Below, in pieces: positions 44,910-46,003 of a stretch of DNA of 46,003 nucleotides. The notes beneath the pieces were generated by a model. It worked only from the letters and a program-made list of their open reading frames with translations, was not told the DNA's origin and ran no database searches. The position numbers were made by a program, and so were the translations under genes. How positions within the stretch are numbered: the stretch's first letter is position 1; each line of letters starts with the position of its first letter. The stretch is from the IMG/VR virus record IMGVR_UViG_3300012041_000029, positions 1 through 46,003 of that record. The stretch is one strand, 5' to 3'. The DNA is from a virus. Lineage: Duplodnaviria > Caudoviricetes.

Positions 44910-45740
44910 ATGGCGTCCATTCAAACGGAAGTATTGCATTTCCGTCTTCCCAGCGGTTCCCCCGCACAAGCATTAGAAATGGCGGTTGAGGACATTGACC
45001 GGCTGTTGTCGGGGAAACAACCTGAACAAACACTAAACGATATTTTGCGGCGACTGATCATCGTTGACCCGGATACTGATCTTGCCCGTCCGTTTGATCC
45101 CATTGAAGCGACTCTCGGTGACTTTTTCGCGGCGCTGGTCAATGTGCGGATCATCACACACGGCAACAAATTCATTTTCAAGACAACGTGCGAAGAGTGT
45201 GACCATACGTGGCGGCACGATATTGATCTGTCGGATGAATATTTCGCGGCTAAGGAGATCAAGTGGGCGGAACCGGGTGACCCTTTATCGGGGGTTGATA
45301 GAAATACGTTGCAATTTGTGGTCAAATTAGCGCGACCACACGAGGGTATTGAGCTATTGCGGTTACGGTTGTTTCAGGGGAAACACCAGGCGGCACTGAC
45401 GAAGATTGTCAAAACCAATCCTGAAAAGAAAATGACAGAACAATTGCGGATTCGGATAGTGGGGTTCGAGGGTAAAATTGACCCGGCCACGAAGGATAAA
45501 CCACCGGCCAATCAATCATTAGCACGCCCATCGGAGGCGTGGATTCGCAGTCTGTCAATCAAAAACGCCGAGTACATACAACGCCAAATCGAGGAAGTTG
45601 ACGGTGGAATTCAATCGTCAATCCCGATTCCCTGTGTGTCGTGCGGTCACGTTACCGAGGACGCACCTATTCCGTTCAATGACAAGGACGCACGTTTTTT
45701 GTCATCGAGGTCAGCAGGGACGCGATCTGGCGAAAGGTAG
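44910..45740 (+). CDS. Tail assembly chaperone / T4 gp26-like hub assembly protein
   Basis: LPSG, GD....L..VR..T.G, CEEC, CVSCG; located between the tube and tape measure genes. Confidence 0.75.
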   Translation: MASIQTEVLHFRLPSGSPAQALEMAVEDIDRLLSGKQPEQTLNDILRRLIIVDPDTDLARPFDPIEATLGDFFAALVNVRIITHGNKFIFKTTCEECDHTWRHDIDLSDEYFAAKEIKWAEPGDPLSGVDRNTLQFVVKLARPHEGIELLRLRLFQGKHQAALTKIVKTNPEKKMTEQLRIRIVGFEGKIDPATKDKPPANQSLARPSEAWIRSLSIKNAEYIQRQIEEVDGGIQSSIPIPCVSCGHVTEDAPIPFNDKDARFLSSRSAGTRSGER

Positions 45741-45922
45741 AAGTGCTGACCTATCTGTATAATGGCTATGGCCCTAACGAAACAATCGAATCGGTAATGG
45801 GATTACCTTATTCAGTATTCGCGACGCGCTACAATCACCACGCTCACGTTGTTGAACGTGTGAATAAATCGATCCAGGAGTCGAAGGCGAAATCGCGGCG
45901 TAAATCCAAACGAGTACGTTAA
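45695..45922 (+). CDS. -1 frameshift extension of the tail assembly chaperone
   Basis: Slippery T TTT TTG at 45695-45701; the -1 frame is open to TAA 45922 (VIEVSRDAIWRKVEVLTYLY...VMGLPYS...). Confidence 0.75.
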   Translation, partial: FFVIEVSRDAIWRKVEVLTYLYNGYGPNETIESVMGLPYSVFATRYNHHAHVVERVNKSIQESKAKSRRKSKRVR

Positions 45923-45923
45923 T

Positions 45924-46003
45924 ATGGCTCTTAACGCGGAAGGATTTGGATTTCATCTTTTCGCAACCGGCGCGGCACAGGTAGGACAGGCATTTAACAG
46001 CGC
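45924..46003 (+). CDS. Probable tape measure protein, 5' end (truncated by the window)
   Basis: ATG 45924 MALNAEGFGFHLFATG..., directly after the chaperone extension. Confidence 0.55.
   Translation, partial: MALNAEGFGFHLFATGAAQVGQAFNS

Noticed and set aside
1-46003. Minus-strand ORFs and overlapping alternative-frame ORFs in the track
   Set aside because: They shadow well-supported + strand genes and show no recognisable motifs. The + strand is already tiled with coupled genes.
1-46003. Stop-codon reassignment
   Set aside because: Long conserved genes are intact in the standard code, and TAA, TAG and TGA all end credible genes.
1-46003. Integrase, transposase, reverse transcriptase/DGR or host flanking DNA
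   Set aside because: None recognised. Lifestyle and host cannot be assigned from this window.

Overview
This window is a 46-kb segment of a tailed dsDNA phage with a contractile tail. Essentially all credible genes are on the + strand. Positions 1-28 kb are a mosaic of small hypothetical genes mixed with recognisable ones: papain-like peptidase, HU, ASCH, two SNase-fold proteins, terminase small and large subunits (6 kb apart), a Dam-like methyltransferase, a fragmented ParB/methyltransferase, an Acb2/Tad1-like protein, a Nudix-DUF1599 fusion, DnaG primase, DUF932 and Gp37/Gp68. Positions 28-46 kb hold the virion module: portal, HNH, MuF with an ART-like tail, XkdF-like protease, scaffold, major capsid, neck, sheath, tube, a -1 frameshifted tail chaperone and the start of the tape measure gene. 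The most interesting signal is a non-coding regulatory layer. Seven dispersed copies of a sigma70-type promoter (TTGACn-17-TATTATnnTGTACA) are mostly followed by a 5' hairpin and a shared RBS leader. One copy runs into a 9x palindromic GATC-rich repeat array next to terS. A type II hammerhead ribozyme sits in front of DUF932, and a terminated structured RNA carries sequence complementary to both leader classes. There are also two tandem non-canonical tRNA-like RNAs and nine dispersed copies of a 14-bp pseudo-palindrome, GCAAGCCGGGTTGC. All family calls come from motif recognition by eye; no database searches were run.
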